A DNA stretch of 55,508 bases, filler included, from Basidiobolus ranarum (taxonomy: Eukaryota): assembly GCA_040143965.1 (NCBI GenBank). It is 4 parts of 4 records of this genome, joined end to end, with 100 filler letters (N's around TTAATTAATTAA, not from the genome) between each part and the next. Parts side by side here need not be neighbours in the genome. Positions count along the whole stretch, not along the records: positions 1 to 13,825 come from JASJQH010000457.1; 3 more parts are not named here. One strand, written 5' to 3'. A model generated the notes under the pieces. It was not told the DNA's origin and searched no databases. It was given only the letters and a program-made list of their open reading frames with translations. A program made the translations under genes and the position numbers. The stretch's first letter is position 1. Each line of letters starts with the position of its first letter. This document shows positions 1 through 13,078 of the stretch, in pieces.

Positions 1-136
1 TGGTGGTCGTTTCGGTCGTAAGGGTGTTGCTATCAACTTCGTCACCAACGATGATGTTGTTATGCTTCGTGATATCGAGAAGTTCTACAATACTCAAATC
101 GATGAGATGCCCATGAACGTTGCTGATTTAATCTAA
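1..136 (+). CDS. TIF1: Translation initiation factor eIF4A (DEAD-box helicase), C-terminal end; 5' part lies outside the contig
   Basis: Frame from base 2 reads [44 protein letters not shown], the canonical eIF4A C-terminus; TAA at 134-136. Confidence 0.93.
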   Translation, partial: GGRFGRKGVAINFVTNDDVVMLRDIEKFYNTQIDEMPMNVADLI

Positions 137-523
137 ATCTAATTTACCAACACGTAGACGTTAGTCTTTTTGTTTATATTATATTATAAACCTTTATTCT
201 TTTAGCTAGTAATTTTGATTTATACGTCTTTAAGTATGTGTAGTCATTAGATATACTTCTGAAGGGAATATCTACCGTTGTATAATTTTACCTTCACACT
301 TGATGCCAAGATTCTCATCTCTTTACTTTCCTAATGACATGTGTACCTTGACATTTTACTTACTGAATAAATTCAACCTAGACACTTATTCAACGAGATA
401 TCTTAAACAAAACCATGGATTTATTCGTATATCATATGTGAAGAAGGGCTTGCAGAGTACCAATTGTAACTGGATTGAAAATCATCAAATTTATAACAAT
501 GAAAAAGCTCCAACAGTATCGTA

Positions 524-1137
524 TCATTGATCTACAGTGGTACTAAAATCTAAATCAGAGAAATCGAATTGACTGGCCTTGGTTCTTTCGTCTTTGAAAA
601 GTCTAAAATAATGTCAAGAAATTAATTACAAGTGTAGATAATATGAGATTCAAATTAAGAATAATACCGATTTTGAATTCGTGGATCTTCTCCTTCAATT
701 CCAATACCCATTTGGGGAATCTTTGCATCGACAACATAGTGGTTATCACAACCTGGGCAAAATTCGTCTTCTTCTTCAAAGTTACTAATATATATTGGAA
801 AAGAGAGAAACAAACCATTGGTAAGAAAGTAATGATAAATGGAGGAAATGGTTTTCGTGTTTGAATGAAGAGTCCCACCTCACGTCTTTGCGGAATACTT
901 TCTTGCACTTTTTACAACCGAAGACCATTTCGGTGGTTTTGCGAAGTGGATGATCGGAATGCTCGGCATGACATTCGGCACAATCGAACCAGCGTTTACA
1001 GCAAGGTGCACGAATGGAAGCCTAAGTGATTAGTTACTCAACATTAATTCTTTTCTTTGATGGGGATTCCGGTTTTAGAGTATTTAAGAAAAGTAGAAAG
1101 AGTAACCTACTTGCACGTTGAGGATGTGCTTACACAT
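524..1137 (-). CDS. CHY-type zinc finger protein, 4 exons
   Basis: Manual splicing over GT-AG introns gives MCKHILNVQ/ASIRAPCCKRWFDCAECHAEHSDHPLRKTTEMVFGCKKCKKVFRKDVS/NFEEEDEFCPGCDNHYVVDAKIPQMGIGIEGEDPRIQNR/LFKDERTKASQFDFSDLDFSTTVDQ*. Cys/His pattern matches the small conserved fungal zf-CHY protein. Missed by the ORF track. Confidence 0.88.
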
Positions 1138-1580
1138 GTTATTTGTCTTCTGAGAGAGAACACAAAGAAATAGTGTAAATGAACTATTAAACAGTTTACT
1201 ATTGAGTGGGGATATTGATGACCAGAGTCAAAAGATCGTCTTTTTTCTCGAAATTTCTTTTCACTGAAATGATAAACAATCATCGAAGAGATCCCATTTT
1301 TGGATGATGGAATTATCGTTGAATTAATTTTGGTGTACAAGAAAAAGCATAGTTTCAAATTGATTCTGTAACATGGTTTTAGCAGTTTTCATTAATTTGT
1401 CTTAGGTTCAGGTTTACTATACAATAGTTTCAATTCTTGTCGATTCTACATTACCTTCCGCAAAGGTAAACTAAATGTGTGTACTTTAAAATACCTACTT
1501 TTCCAGCCGAGTATTTGGGTCTAGAGCTAGGGTTAAGAGAGGGGGGAGGGTTGGGATAGTAGTCAGATAACTTGTGAAGA

Positions 1581-3244
1581 TCAGTCCATTTTCCTTCGCT
1601 TCACATTGGTTTTGTCAGTGGATGGTTGTGGCTTTTCTTCTTTTGGTGGGGGTTTGGAATGTCCTTTCATATCCATATCATCTTGTGTGACTCTTCTGAT
1701 CGGATATTCAAAGGGTTGGCCAGAGAAAGAGCTATACAGGTAACTATGTGAGCTGAGATGTTGCATACGTGGTATTATAGATGTAATTACTTTAAGGTGG
1801 GCTTAGGGTCCTCCTGGAAATATGGGTGGTCTAGTGCCTCTTCTGCAGTGATTCTTTTCAAAGGATCATACTCAAACATGCTAGCTAACAATTGAAATGC
1901 CGATTCACTTTTGCATGATGAGGTGGATTGAAGGATTCCTTTCAGGTTGTTTGGATATCTGATGAAAAGATGGTGTGAATTGTCAGTTAATATTGATGCT
2001 TGTATCGCTTTGCTTACGTTCTAAACGAGCTGAGGTTGTGATACTCCGGCATTTGGTCGATCATAGGCCATCTTTCCTCTATCAAAGAAAATTTAACAAA
2101 GTGAAAATCAACCATATAACATATCCATTGTTTACTTGTTGGTGTGCCGATGACTTCAAATATCTTGGTAAGCTGGTTCTTCTGAAAGGGTATATTTTTC
2201 TTGTTGTCCATCTTGGCTTCTTCTCCTTTAAAAATCGGCCTCAACGTCAACAACTCCGCAAAAATACACCCGACAGCCCATATATCTGTATTGAGATGAG
2301 TAGGGTAAACTGCTTAGCTAATCATGAACTTGCGGGAAATCATTAAATTACGTTTACTTACCAACCGCTTTCGTGTAGTGTCTAGCGCCCAAGAGAAGTT
2401 CCGGTGCACGATACCATATAGTCACTACTACTTTGTCGCCATTGTATAGTGGTTGCAACGGTCGCTGGAAAAGCCGAGCCAAACCCAAATCTCCTAAATA
2501 ATATACACTGATATTAGTGACCATCTACAATCAAACTAAACGAGTACTATATTTGCCTATCTTCACTACTCCATCGGCTGTTACAAGAATGTTTGCGGGT
2601 TTAAGATCTCGATGCAGAATCCAATTGTTATGTAGATATGATAGTCCATTTAACAGTTGCCACAGAAAAGATTTGATAGTAAATTCGGGAAGTGGTTTGC
2701 GTTCGTGGTGAATGTGGTGATGTAGTATTTGCTAAGGATTCTCAAGTTAGTTTCTAGTTTGTTGACCCATTACTAGCTAAAATAATTACTAAGAAATCAT
2801 GCTCCGCGTATCCTAGAACCATATGAATAGATTTATCTTCTAATATAACTTCCTTCAGAATTACTATATTTTCATGATCCAATTCTCTACATAGCTGATG
2901 GTAAAGTTAGAGAACTGCTGAAAACTAAGAATGTTTAAGATAAACATACCGCTATTTCACGACATGCCGATTGTGATACTCCAGTGTAAGTTGATACCTC
3001 ACCTTCTTTTTCGGGTTTAAATTTCTTAATAGCATACTCCTTCCCGAAATCAAAACTAAACAAACGTTGATTAGCAACCAAATGGGCGTGAGACAAGGAA
3101 GTAAGTAGTAAATAGAAATCACCTTTCTTTAGATCTCGCTTTGTAAACTCGTCCATATGTTCCGGAACTAATGAAACCCAAAATTTCATATTTATCTAGG
3201 ACCTTGATTTTCGCTGCGTTTTTTCGCGCTTTATAGACTTCCAT
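1581..3244 (-). CDS. SSN3: Mediator kinase CDK8 (Srb10/Ssn3), multi-exon
   Basis: [49 protein letters not shown]...[86 protein letters not shown]. The SACRE helix and DLG motif are diagnostic for CDK8. Confidence 0.95.
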
Positions 3245-3710
3245 GATATTAAGTTATTGTATCTCAATAAAAATAAAACGATTCTATATGAAATGAATTT
3301 TCTTTAAAGTAAAGAAGAAGTAGAAAAAATAATATTCTCAGGTTATAGATTGGTGAGTTCACTGTATATTTTGAAGCTATCAATGCTTCGTACGAAGAAC
3401 TACGTTACTCTGAAAAGTTCGCCGTATATACCACGTCGTTAATTATGGTAGCATCATATACAAATTTTGAATCCGAGTTTTCACGATAAACTAATTGAAA
3501 GATAGCATAACTTTGATGCGCATTTAATTTAATCATCTATTATCCCGTGATTCTAATGACTTGACTATTTTTAGACAATTGACATTTTTAACAGTCCAGG
3601 TAAATATTGCATAATAGTAGGTGTTTTACTTGGTTTACTCAGTGGACACACCTAACACCAACTATAACGTTGAACCAAACAAATACATAATATTTCCTTA
3701 GCGTGAACTG

Positions 3711-6700
3711 ATGGAGGTTGATGAGCTTTTAGACCAATTTAACTGGAATGCTACCATAAATGCGACAGCTTTGGAGAGTAAATTGAGTGATGAATTAGCT
3801 AGCTTGGAGACTGTAAAGCCTTTTATTGTCCTACTCATTTTTGACCTCGTTTAACTCACTATTTTGTCACTTTAGGTGAACGTCAAGTCAATTATCGAGG
3901 CCGATGGTAGGATGGGTGAGGTAATAGCGGGCTTAGATAAAGCCCTGGAGGAACTTGAAAATCTAGATGACCTGATGACTTTATATTATACTGAATTGGA
4001 CGTAAGTCAAAGTTGTTTGAGAAGTACTCTAGAACCGGAACATATATCGAGTGAACCCCATTTTTTAGACAATGGACCATGATGTGAAGTACATTCAATC
4101 TTTGAACAAAGGTCTTCAGGTGCAAGCCTCCAACCAGAAGAAACTTTTGAATGAAGTGAGCCAGATTTTGGTAAAGTATACTGTACATGCTACTATATAA
4201 TTCAATGAAATCAATAGATTGATACTTGGTGAATATTTGTTTAGGAATCGGTTACTCTACCAGACTCATGCGTCAGCACGCTACGTGAAGAATCACTGGA
4301 GAGTCTGAGCGGCATTGGTAAAATCGAAGAAAACGCCGCATTTCTACAGAAGCAATTACAGAGACAATACCATGAAGGTATATTACTTTTGCCTATCTTG
4401 AGAATTGAATGTGCTTTAACTTCGGTGAAATTTCCCCTAGGATCTCAAGAATTAGGAGTTTATGCCGAGCGCGTGGAGTTATTCACACAGACAAGTAATA
4501 ATTTCTCTACTAGAGTTATGGAGTATCTCAAAGTTATGATCGTGTACCAGGTAAGCAGCGAGTATAAGCTAAAATTCATAATGGTGTTTATCTCGTAACC
4601 ACGAATATTTATTTAAGGCAGAGGGCTGTATGAATGATTCCAAAAATCGTCAGGCTAAATTGGCCAGTTTAAAGATCCCTGGATTGGACGCTATGAAAAA
4701 GCACATTCAAAAATTCCGTGGACTAACACTCTGGCTAAAAGAAATGGAGTTTCGAAAATATAACGATATTCAGATGGTAAACAATCATATACTTTGAGTG
4801 CAAGCAATCTTACAATTAGTAAAGTGCGGAATGATGAATATGACAGGTCTATGTCGAGGCTATGAGCAAACTGTACAGAAAGGAGATTAGGGAAGTGACG
4901 GACTCCCTACGAATATTCTTTCAGCCTAGTAAACGATATGATGACTATGACTATGGCGAGTGACTTCAGTTTTGCAGTTCAAGTGAATCCTAATTTTTGA
5001 CTCTTTGACTACTTGCTACTAGTTTTTACCACTTCGGAGAAATCCCAAGTATCATCAGTAACTAGGTCAGCTTTAGGAAACCGAAGGATGAGCTTTGAAA
5101 GTAATGAACCCAAAATGAAACCAGACGAGGTAAGTGGAATCCAAAAATACCTACCAAATGTATATCATTCATGTTTATTTTGCTCCAAAGGCATTCAAGA
5201 AGGTGCTTAGTTTCATTGCACCTACTGTGATACAAGAGCAAAACTACTTCATTGATTTCTTCCACTTTGGAGATGAAAATGAAGTTTTCCAAGACTGGGT
5301 AGAGAATAGGAGAACTCAGCAGGAAATACAAGATCTAAGCAAACCTCGTCAATTGACCAAAGATAGAAAAAGAAAGCAAATCAAGTATGCTACCAGTGGA
5401 TTGATAGTAAATCGTGAGATCTACTAACATGTATATGTTGTGATTAGACAGATTTTGGAGGGGATTTTCGATGGCTTAGCAGGAGAAATTTCAACCATGA
5501 TCGATAATGGCAGTCGTGCTGATAGCAGGTTAGGCTTTTCGGTTTGACCAAATTCTATTGTAGGCTGTAATTAAACTATGAGCTCTATGAATGTGTAGCT
5601 GTGCTCCTGGTATGCTTGCTTGTGTTGAGCAACATTTGGCTTTTTGTCAAAATCAAAATCAAGACTTCCTCTCAGGAGTTCTCACTTTACAAAAAACTCG
5701 TCTAACATCAATATTCGAGCGATTTGTGGTAAGACCACTATTACAAAGTTACGAGGATAATTGTTATCGCGCCATACTCATTTTCATTCCAATAGGATGA
5801 GCAATTACGTGCTATTGAAGATAAAAAAGTGAAAACTAAAAAGCGTAGCGGAATGTTATCATTTGTTATGATCTTCCCGGTATTTTACAACCACTTCTAA
5901 ATATAACGATATTTAAAGGATTAGGGCTGATCCGTCGATCTCATTTTTCTACTATAGAACTTTGTTGCCCGTCTAGAAGACTCGCTTGGGTCCGCTAATA
6001 CTGATATTCGTCAACTGGTTAGCCAAGCTTATGGCCGAATTGTCAAAACCATGTTTGATAGTTTGGATGCTATTGCTAAGGAAGCGGATTCCATGAGTGC
6101 TGATGACAAAGAGCAGCTTAATATACATATCCTTACCATGGGTACGTATCCTCACATATGTGGGTATCGTTACTATTACCAACACTAATATGTTTCATGA
6201 ACTACCTCAAATCAGAAAATATGCATCATTTTTTTATGGAGATCCGCCGATTCAAAATACCAGTATTGGAGGCTTACGGAAAGCAAGCTCGTGACATGTA
6301 CGAGGCAAGCCTGAGCTGTTATGTGAAAGCAGTTATGCGTCGCCCTCTAGCTAGATTACTTGTAGGCATTTACCATCTGATTATCTGCCATTTACTGAGT
6401 TCACTCACTTTGTATACATTTTGAAGGAGTTCTTTGACGGTGTGGAAGGTTTATTGAAGACCACATCGCCAGAAGAAGTCAGTTATCATTTGAGTTATAA
6501 CAAGGTGGCTCTTCGCAAAGTAGTGGCTTTGTATCCAGGCAAAGAGGTAAATTTTATTAAGAAATGTTTTGAGTCATTTATTAATGCCACAAGTTTATTC
6601 GCCTAGATCCGGAAAGGATTGGATATGCTGTATAAACGTGTTGATAAGCATTTTTGTGAAGAAGAAGGCTTGTTACAAGTAGTATGGAGAGCCATTCAAG

Positions 6701-6831
6701 AAGAATTTTTAAGGCAACATGAGCGCTTTTCAAATCTGATACAGAAATGTTACCCAGATGCTCATGTGTCTCTCGAGTTCTCAATTCAAGATCTGTTAGG
6801 ATATTTTTCGGAATTGGCTAGAAGCCACTGA
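3711..6831 (+). CDS. SEC3: Exocyst subunit Sec3 (EXOC1), many introns; start codon uncertain, N-terminal PH domain not seen
   Basis: Exons read MEVDELLDQFNW..LESKLSDELASLE; NVKSIIE; IQSLNKGLQVQASNQKKLL; TKKRSGMLSFV; KEQLNIHILTMEN; MRRPLARLLEFFDGVE; LYKRVDKHFCEEEGLLQVVWRAIQEEF...LEFSIQDLLGYFSELARSH*. These match Sec3 coiled-coil and C-terminal domains. Confidence 0.9.
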
Positions 6832-7444
6832 TTTCACGACTGGATTTAACACATACTTTTCTCAAACGGAATGAGCTAATATTGAAACGAAGGAAGATCG
6901 ACTGCTTCAGAATTTATAAAATATTCACCCAATATCTTTCAGTGTGCAGCGTTCTATTTTTGTTTTGTGTAATCTGATTTTAAACTAGGTCGTTGTCACA
7001 TTCAGAGCACAAATAATACGTCAGTGTGATTTTATGATGTGCCAATTTTAGAAATGAAATAAGCTTCGTTGCCAAGGGTTTTATAATTAGTCACCGTCTG
7101 TCACCCTCATTGGGAAGTAGCTATAATGATCTGAATAGATTTCCAACTATAAATATGATCTCATTATGCTCCAGTAGATCCCGGTCTGATTTAGATTAGA
7201 TGGCTGTTTTAGTGCGGTTCGTATTTGTGTTCACAGTTCAGGTGATCTTCGATTGTGCTTGTTCTATATATAAAGGCGCAGTGTGCAGGTTCAACAAAGA
7301 CTAACACTTATAAAGGATCTAATTGAGAATAATTTTCAAGATAAGCACGATTGCTTGACTTTGTGTATGAACCGGCTTTGGCGAAACTAAATTCTATTTA
7401 ACTACACTCGGTCAATATCTTGTACATCAATTAAAGTTACAACC

Positions 7445-8741
7445 ATGATACTCATCAACCTACTTCTTGGACTACTGTTATCACGTTTCGTTCATGTTCG
7501 TGCGGCAAGAATCAAACCCATGATATGCTATGATTATTCAAGCCCTATACACCCTCATTATGGTGGGTTGGTGGATTGCACATTGAAAGGACCACGAAGA
7601 CGAATTAGGCACAGCAAAAGACTTCCTGTAGCACTGAATGCAACGGACAATAACTTTCAACTAAACCTAAGCTGCAATGAAACACTACATCCATGTGATA
7701 AGATTAGACAAAGCTTTCAAACAGCCTTTGATCTCATCTCCAACGTCATCATCCTGAAACAACAAATTTCTGTAAGTGCTGAACTCTCGGAACTTCCACC
7801 TGATATCATAGGTATGAATTTATTGTCAATATCCAATATTCCAGACCAAGAGCTAATCAAATTTACTAGGTGGTGCGTTTCCCTCACGTCAGATACCTCG
7901 CCTTGATCCTGACCATATTACCCGGCTGTATCCACAGGCTTTGTTCAAACAAAGTGGGAACCAAGATGCAGAGTACGCTACATCTGATATTCATGCGGTT
8001 TTTAATAGTGATATGGATTTTTGGTATATGGTAAGACTTGGCGGTATTATTGTATCAGGAATCACTTCTAAATCACTCCATTAGGGCGATGGTACAATCA
8101 GAGAAGATCAGTTTGATTTCCTGTACGTCATTGTTCACGAGTTAATGCATGGACTTGGAGTGACTACTAGTTGGGGACTATTGCCAGATGAGAAGTCTCT
8201 TGCTCCTTTGGAGTACAATATGAATACTGGAGAGGTATTGGGTTTCATGGAAACATCATTCGATAGATATTTGATCAGTTCAACGAAGAAATTCAATACG
8301 TTGTACGAAAATATGAGCGAATTTTTTACAACTACCAAGTCAACATATAAGAATATGGATGATTTTCTCGGTGTATTCAATACAAGTGACCAGTATTCGT
8401 TGGCATTAGACAGTTACAGATTGGCGACAACTCCACGTTCACTTGAATTTCAAATGAACAATAATCAGACCATAGTTTTGGAAACAAACTTTAATGGACA
8501 ATTCCTGCCCGGGTCTTCTCTAACTCATTTCGACTATATCACCTATAAAAATAGCTCAGATTTCTTGATGACTTTCTACAACGAACCTGGAGTGAACATC
8601 AACCAAATTATACAGCAAACGAATGAGTACTTCACTAGTCCAATTGGCCCTTTGCTAACAAACTTACTCCAGACAATTGGATACGAAACTAATCCCAATC
8701 CCCGAAATTACAAAGAAATCCTGAAAATTCAACCAAGTTAA
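7445..8741 (+). CDS. Secreted zincin-like metalloprotease (HExxH), 3 exons (approx. 7445-7811, 7870-8030, 8085-8741)
   Basis: Signal peptide MILINLLLGLLLSRFVHVRA. Spliced product contains RLYPQALFKQ..DIHAVFNSDMDFW..DFLYVIVHELMHGLG. TATATAA at about 7265-7273. Confidence 0.8.
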
Positions 8742-10150
8742 TTTATGTAAATAATCCAGTGTAAATCATAACCAAAATCCCTATTTATAAAGTGTTATGC
8801 ACTATGACATGCTTTCAAATAACGCTTTTGTTTTATCAATAAGTCGTGCCGAAGTAGTTCGTTACCAACCTATCATGCTTCATTTAATATACTCTAATCG
8901 CCTACCTCTTTCTTTGGATAAGGACTAAGAGTATTTGTGACTCAATTCTAGTTTCTGTTCAGTGTAGATAGCATGTGTAAATCTTGAATTCTCATTTAAG
9001 ATTTAAACTACAATTTCAACTATGTAAAAAGATAATTAGAGTGACTATTACATTTGCAGTATTGACTTCGCTAGAAACTTGTCAAAAAGTCTTCTACGAA
9101 TGATTAATCATTCCCCAATTATGTTGGGTTGTGGGAAATGAAATAACAAAGTGTTAGAAATCGGATTTCAGAAAATTCCAAATCTTATTTATGATGGTTT
9201 AAGGAATTGAACTTCTGCGCGAACAAGACCCTCTAGACCGATATTTTCAGTACATATGTAGCAGATATTATGCCGCTACATATCCGAATTATATGTTTTC
9301 AGCAGTTGTAGTTCTTTAGAGAACCGATTTGTAAAGAGTACTTATCTCCAGATTTATGATATGCTTAACTTTTCCTGAAGAGGGCAACAATATGCCATCG
9401 CGGATTTGGTGATATTCAGAGCCGTCGAAATCCATTCAGAATTTCGAGTGTTTAAATATTTATTCCGTTGGTATATTTGCTCTAACCCCAACCCATTCAA
9501 TGCTATAGAATGATATTAGATTACTGACAACTTACTGACACTAATCCCAGCTCTACTTGCACCAAATCATCCAATTGGGATAATCACGGAAGTGTCACTT
9601 TCTTCACCAATGATCTATTTTATTGTTCTAATCACATTCACTACCTCTTTACTCAGTAGCAATTTGCATAACTACATAGACCAGTAACAATTCGCATCAA
9701 TATCTTCATAAACGGCACACAATACTTGTTGGTGTGCCGACTAATTCATTTGCCATATGTTGTCTACCTGAATTAGAGCATATGTCCTAGTTTATGCAAT
9801 CTGTTCATTCTTAGGTTTCTTGCTAACACTGAATGTCAAATGATCATATCAAGCAGTCAACGTTGGATCAGCTCACATCCATCCGCTTGGCCATGAATTG
9901 AACCGACTAGCAAATGGCCTTCAACTTCCTTTATTCAGGATGCTAAAGTGAGGGGTTGCAAACACGGAGAAACTAGTCCAAGCTTTAGTCTTCTTCGTTA
10001 CTTGATCATTAGGGTGACGGTGATATAATTTGTAATCGGTTGGACGATACTCCGAAGCATCACTATATATGGCTATTCTTGCAGTATGGCACATCAACTC
10101 AAGATTCATATAAATGCAGTGGAAGAGAAGGCTTACCGGAAAACAAAAGC

Positions 10151-11311
10151 ATGAAGTCTACTGCATCAACAAACAACACAAAGGAAGTTTTCGAGGAGCT
10201 GATTTCCAGAAACCACCGGACTACGACGTTTTCTTGGATGATTTTGCTCATAATCATACTTCTCACTTAGTGTGCAATCTGTACATCTGTGCGTCGAAAA
10301 AGAGGATGCGTGACATGTACAAAAGAATCACTAAACACCTTGATCCACTCCCTGAAGCTAAGTACAATATTGATGAAAGCAATTATTCGCAGTTCATAGG
10401 CGTAAAGGATGCCTATCGCGATTTACTTGACTTTTTTGATCAACAAATTGACCAAACTGGATTTGACAAAGTATTTAATAAATATGCGCCACTGCTTCTG
10501 CCAGGGCTAGTTGGGGAGATCGCTCACTCTTTAATTCAGTTGGGATATGCTGTTGAGGTTCGACACAATTTGATTCTTTTTGAAGCTCTAGCGTTGAGCA
10601 CACTCGGTTATGGGCCGCATAGGGAGTTGATCAATCAAGAGTTTTCTGTATCTCTGTATGAGGATCCGATTGCTATCATTCAGGAGATGTCCAGCGATTT
10701 CCGCTTCAAGAATGTTCAATTTGATCCTTATACAGATACTACGCGTGAAATAGACATTCAGTATTTTGAATACACTCAGAAGTACTATAAGGCTTGGGAC
10801 TCAAGTATTAAGTAGAGAGGCCTTGATGAAAAAGCCCGAGAGCTGTCTGAATAGCCCTGTGTGAATAGCCTTCTTATTCCTGGGCCACAAGCCTGAATTT
10901 TGACTTGACTTTCTCCTGTGTCATGCACTAACTGCATTCCAGACGGGTCGAACCTTGTTGCCGATGCTATCAGAATATGATCAAGTTCGAACTCTCCGTT
11001 TAGTCTAGTTCACGGCGTTGACTTTATTTGCCTCGATAGGACGCCCCCTTCCGAGATGGGAGAATCTAATCAACCATCCGGTTGAATTACTGTCGGATAA
11101 AGTTGCGTTTTGGAAGGGAGTTGGTGAAGCAGCAACTCAAGAAGAAGATAGATTTGCTCATGCTATTAAAAGTATTCGCACAATGAAAGAGCTCGCCAAA
11201 GTCTACCCACAAGATGAGGAGATATGGAGGCATGGATCAAGAAAAGTCCTAGATTTAGTTCAAAATCCTGAAGATTGGGACCGTAAGCTTGGTTTAGCGT
11301 CAAAACAGTGA
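10151..11311 (+). pseudogene. Questin oxidase / AflY-HypA (DUF4243)-like oxidoreductase pseudogene, intronless
   Basis: Family motifs FAHNHTSH, GLVGEIAHSLIQLGYAVE, LDFLLCHALTA, HAIKSIR. Disrupted by a frameshift near 10218, TAG at 10813, a 14-bp tandem duplication (ctgtctgaatagcc/ctgtgtgaatagcc, about 10843-10870) and further in-frame TGA and TAG stops. Confidence 0.75.
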
Positions 11312-11512
11312 TATGGATTAGCATCCTGAATAAGTACTTGTGATTCTTTGGGAATGAATTATGTAAGTGAACTAAATAAACTGAAAGAATTATACAAGTG
11401 AACTGAAATAACAGAGTGTATTGATAATGATCGTTGGTGAGTGAATGGTTTCACATTGAGTTGACATTGATTTCACCAAACTACAGAATAGAGGTCACGA
11501 CTAACGTTATTA

Positions 11513-12240
11513 CGTAGATGGGCCTTCTACATCAATCTCCCAATCCGAGTGATCACCGTCGTCATTGCGATCCTGTTTCTTTGTCTTCTTTCGACAACAG
11601 TCTCGTTTAGGGAGAAGGTCAAGCGGATCAATTTCATCGGGACTCTGCTGCTGGGATTCATCATCATGTTACTGCTCCCTACCAAATGGGGAGTAAATGA
11701 GTACCCTTGGAACTCTCCCATCATTGTAGGGTTATTCTATGTGTCGGGCATTGTTGATCATTTATAGCGGTGGATTATAAAGTCGCGGCTGAACCAATCA
11801 TTCCTTACCGGTTATTCGGGGAGCGCTCACTACGGTTTTCTTTCATCGCAATATTTTTTTACGGAATAGTATTCTTTGGGGTGATATATTACATCCCATT
11901 TTATTATCAGATTGTCCTCTGGGAATCAGCTATCTCATCCGGGCTTGGGATGCTGCCCATGGTGCTTTTAGTCTCCTTGTTAAGTATTACTGCTCGCCAA
12001 TTGATCTCGAGGACCGGTATCATCATCATCTGGTGCTAGATAGGCTCCGCGGAGACGACGGTGAGGGTGGGGCTGATCACGATGTTCAATGTAGATACTA
12101 CTCGTGCCCACCAAATTGGCTATTTGCTTATTTTAGGAGCTAGGGCAGGAGGCTGCCATTGAGCGTAGAGATGTGAGCATAGTTACTTCCAATCCCAACT
12201 TCTCCTGACGATCGGAGAAGTGTTTGGAGTATTGATATTG
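11513..12240 (+). pseudogene. MFS DHA2 (14-TM drug:H+ antiporter) internal fragment, degraded
   Basis: RWAFYINLPI..., KVKRINFIG, WGVNEYPWNS, AAEPIIPYRLF, YYIPFYYQIV..SAISSGLGMLP. In-frame stops at about 11765 and 12037; no N-terminal half. Confidence 0.8.
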
Positions 12241-13078
12241 GGATATTTGGCGTTTGCCCATCGGGATCTCTTGGGGTGGTGGATACTGAAATCAATGTTG
12301 ATGGATCCACCTATTTCTGTATCGAGTTAGGGAATTATCCAAAATGGGGTAATACTTCAGGGATATTCCAGGATCTGACGATAACAAACAATAACTCGTG
12401 AAATTGCTTGATAGGGCTTGTCCAATACAGGATCACAAAGTATAATTTACCTTATATATAAATTTTATTAGAATTTAAGTTTTGCAAGCCGAAGTATTTT
12501 TAAAAATTTTCACAAAGTTTCGAACCAAGATCCAAACAGGTTTTAAATTAAGTTCTAAATTTAAACTTTCCCGAAGATAATTTTAAAAATTTTAAAAAAA
12601 TTTGGAACAAAGATCTGAATTTGATTCAAATGTTAATAATAACCCATTTACTCCGAAACTCGCAAAGATGTTGAATTAGTTGGAGGCTTGTTTATAGACA
12701 TACTATTTTAAGTGCGACACTAATAATAGACGTTCTGACGTATAGACAAATTGCAAATACACATAATAAACCCAATAATATTATTCGAATTGCGACTTTA
12801 TAAATATGAAAAAAATTGCAATTTAGGCCTATACTAAGCTTTTTCATAGAATATATCAAACGACGGAGTACTCTTACCCGATAAAGTGACATTCTTTTCT
12901 CCATGCCTAGAGCAAATGACATTCACACGTTCTGGAAATATATTGCACTAATCGACAATAATATTAGCGCTACTATTCATATCGAGATTAGAATCACTAA
13001 AACTAGATATTTAGGTTATAAGTGGTGTTAGTAGTATATAAATGCAGTTTGGGGTAGGTATCATAACATCAACTGATA

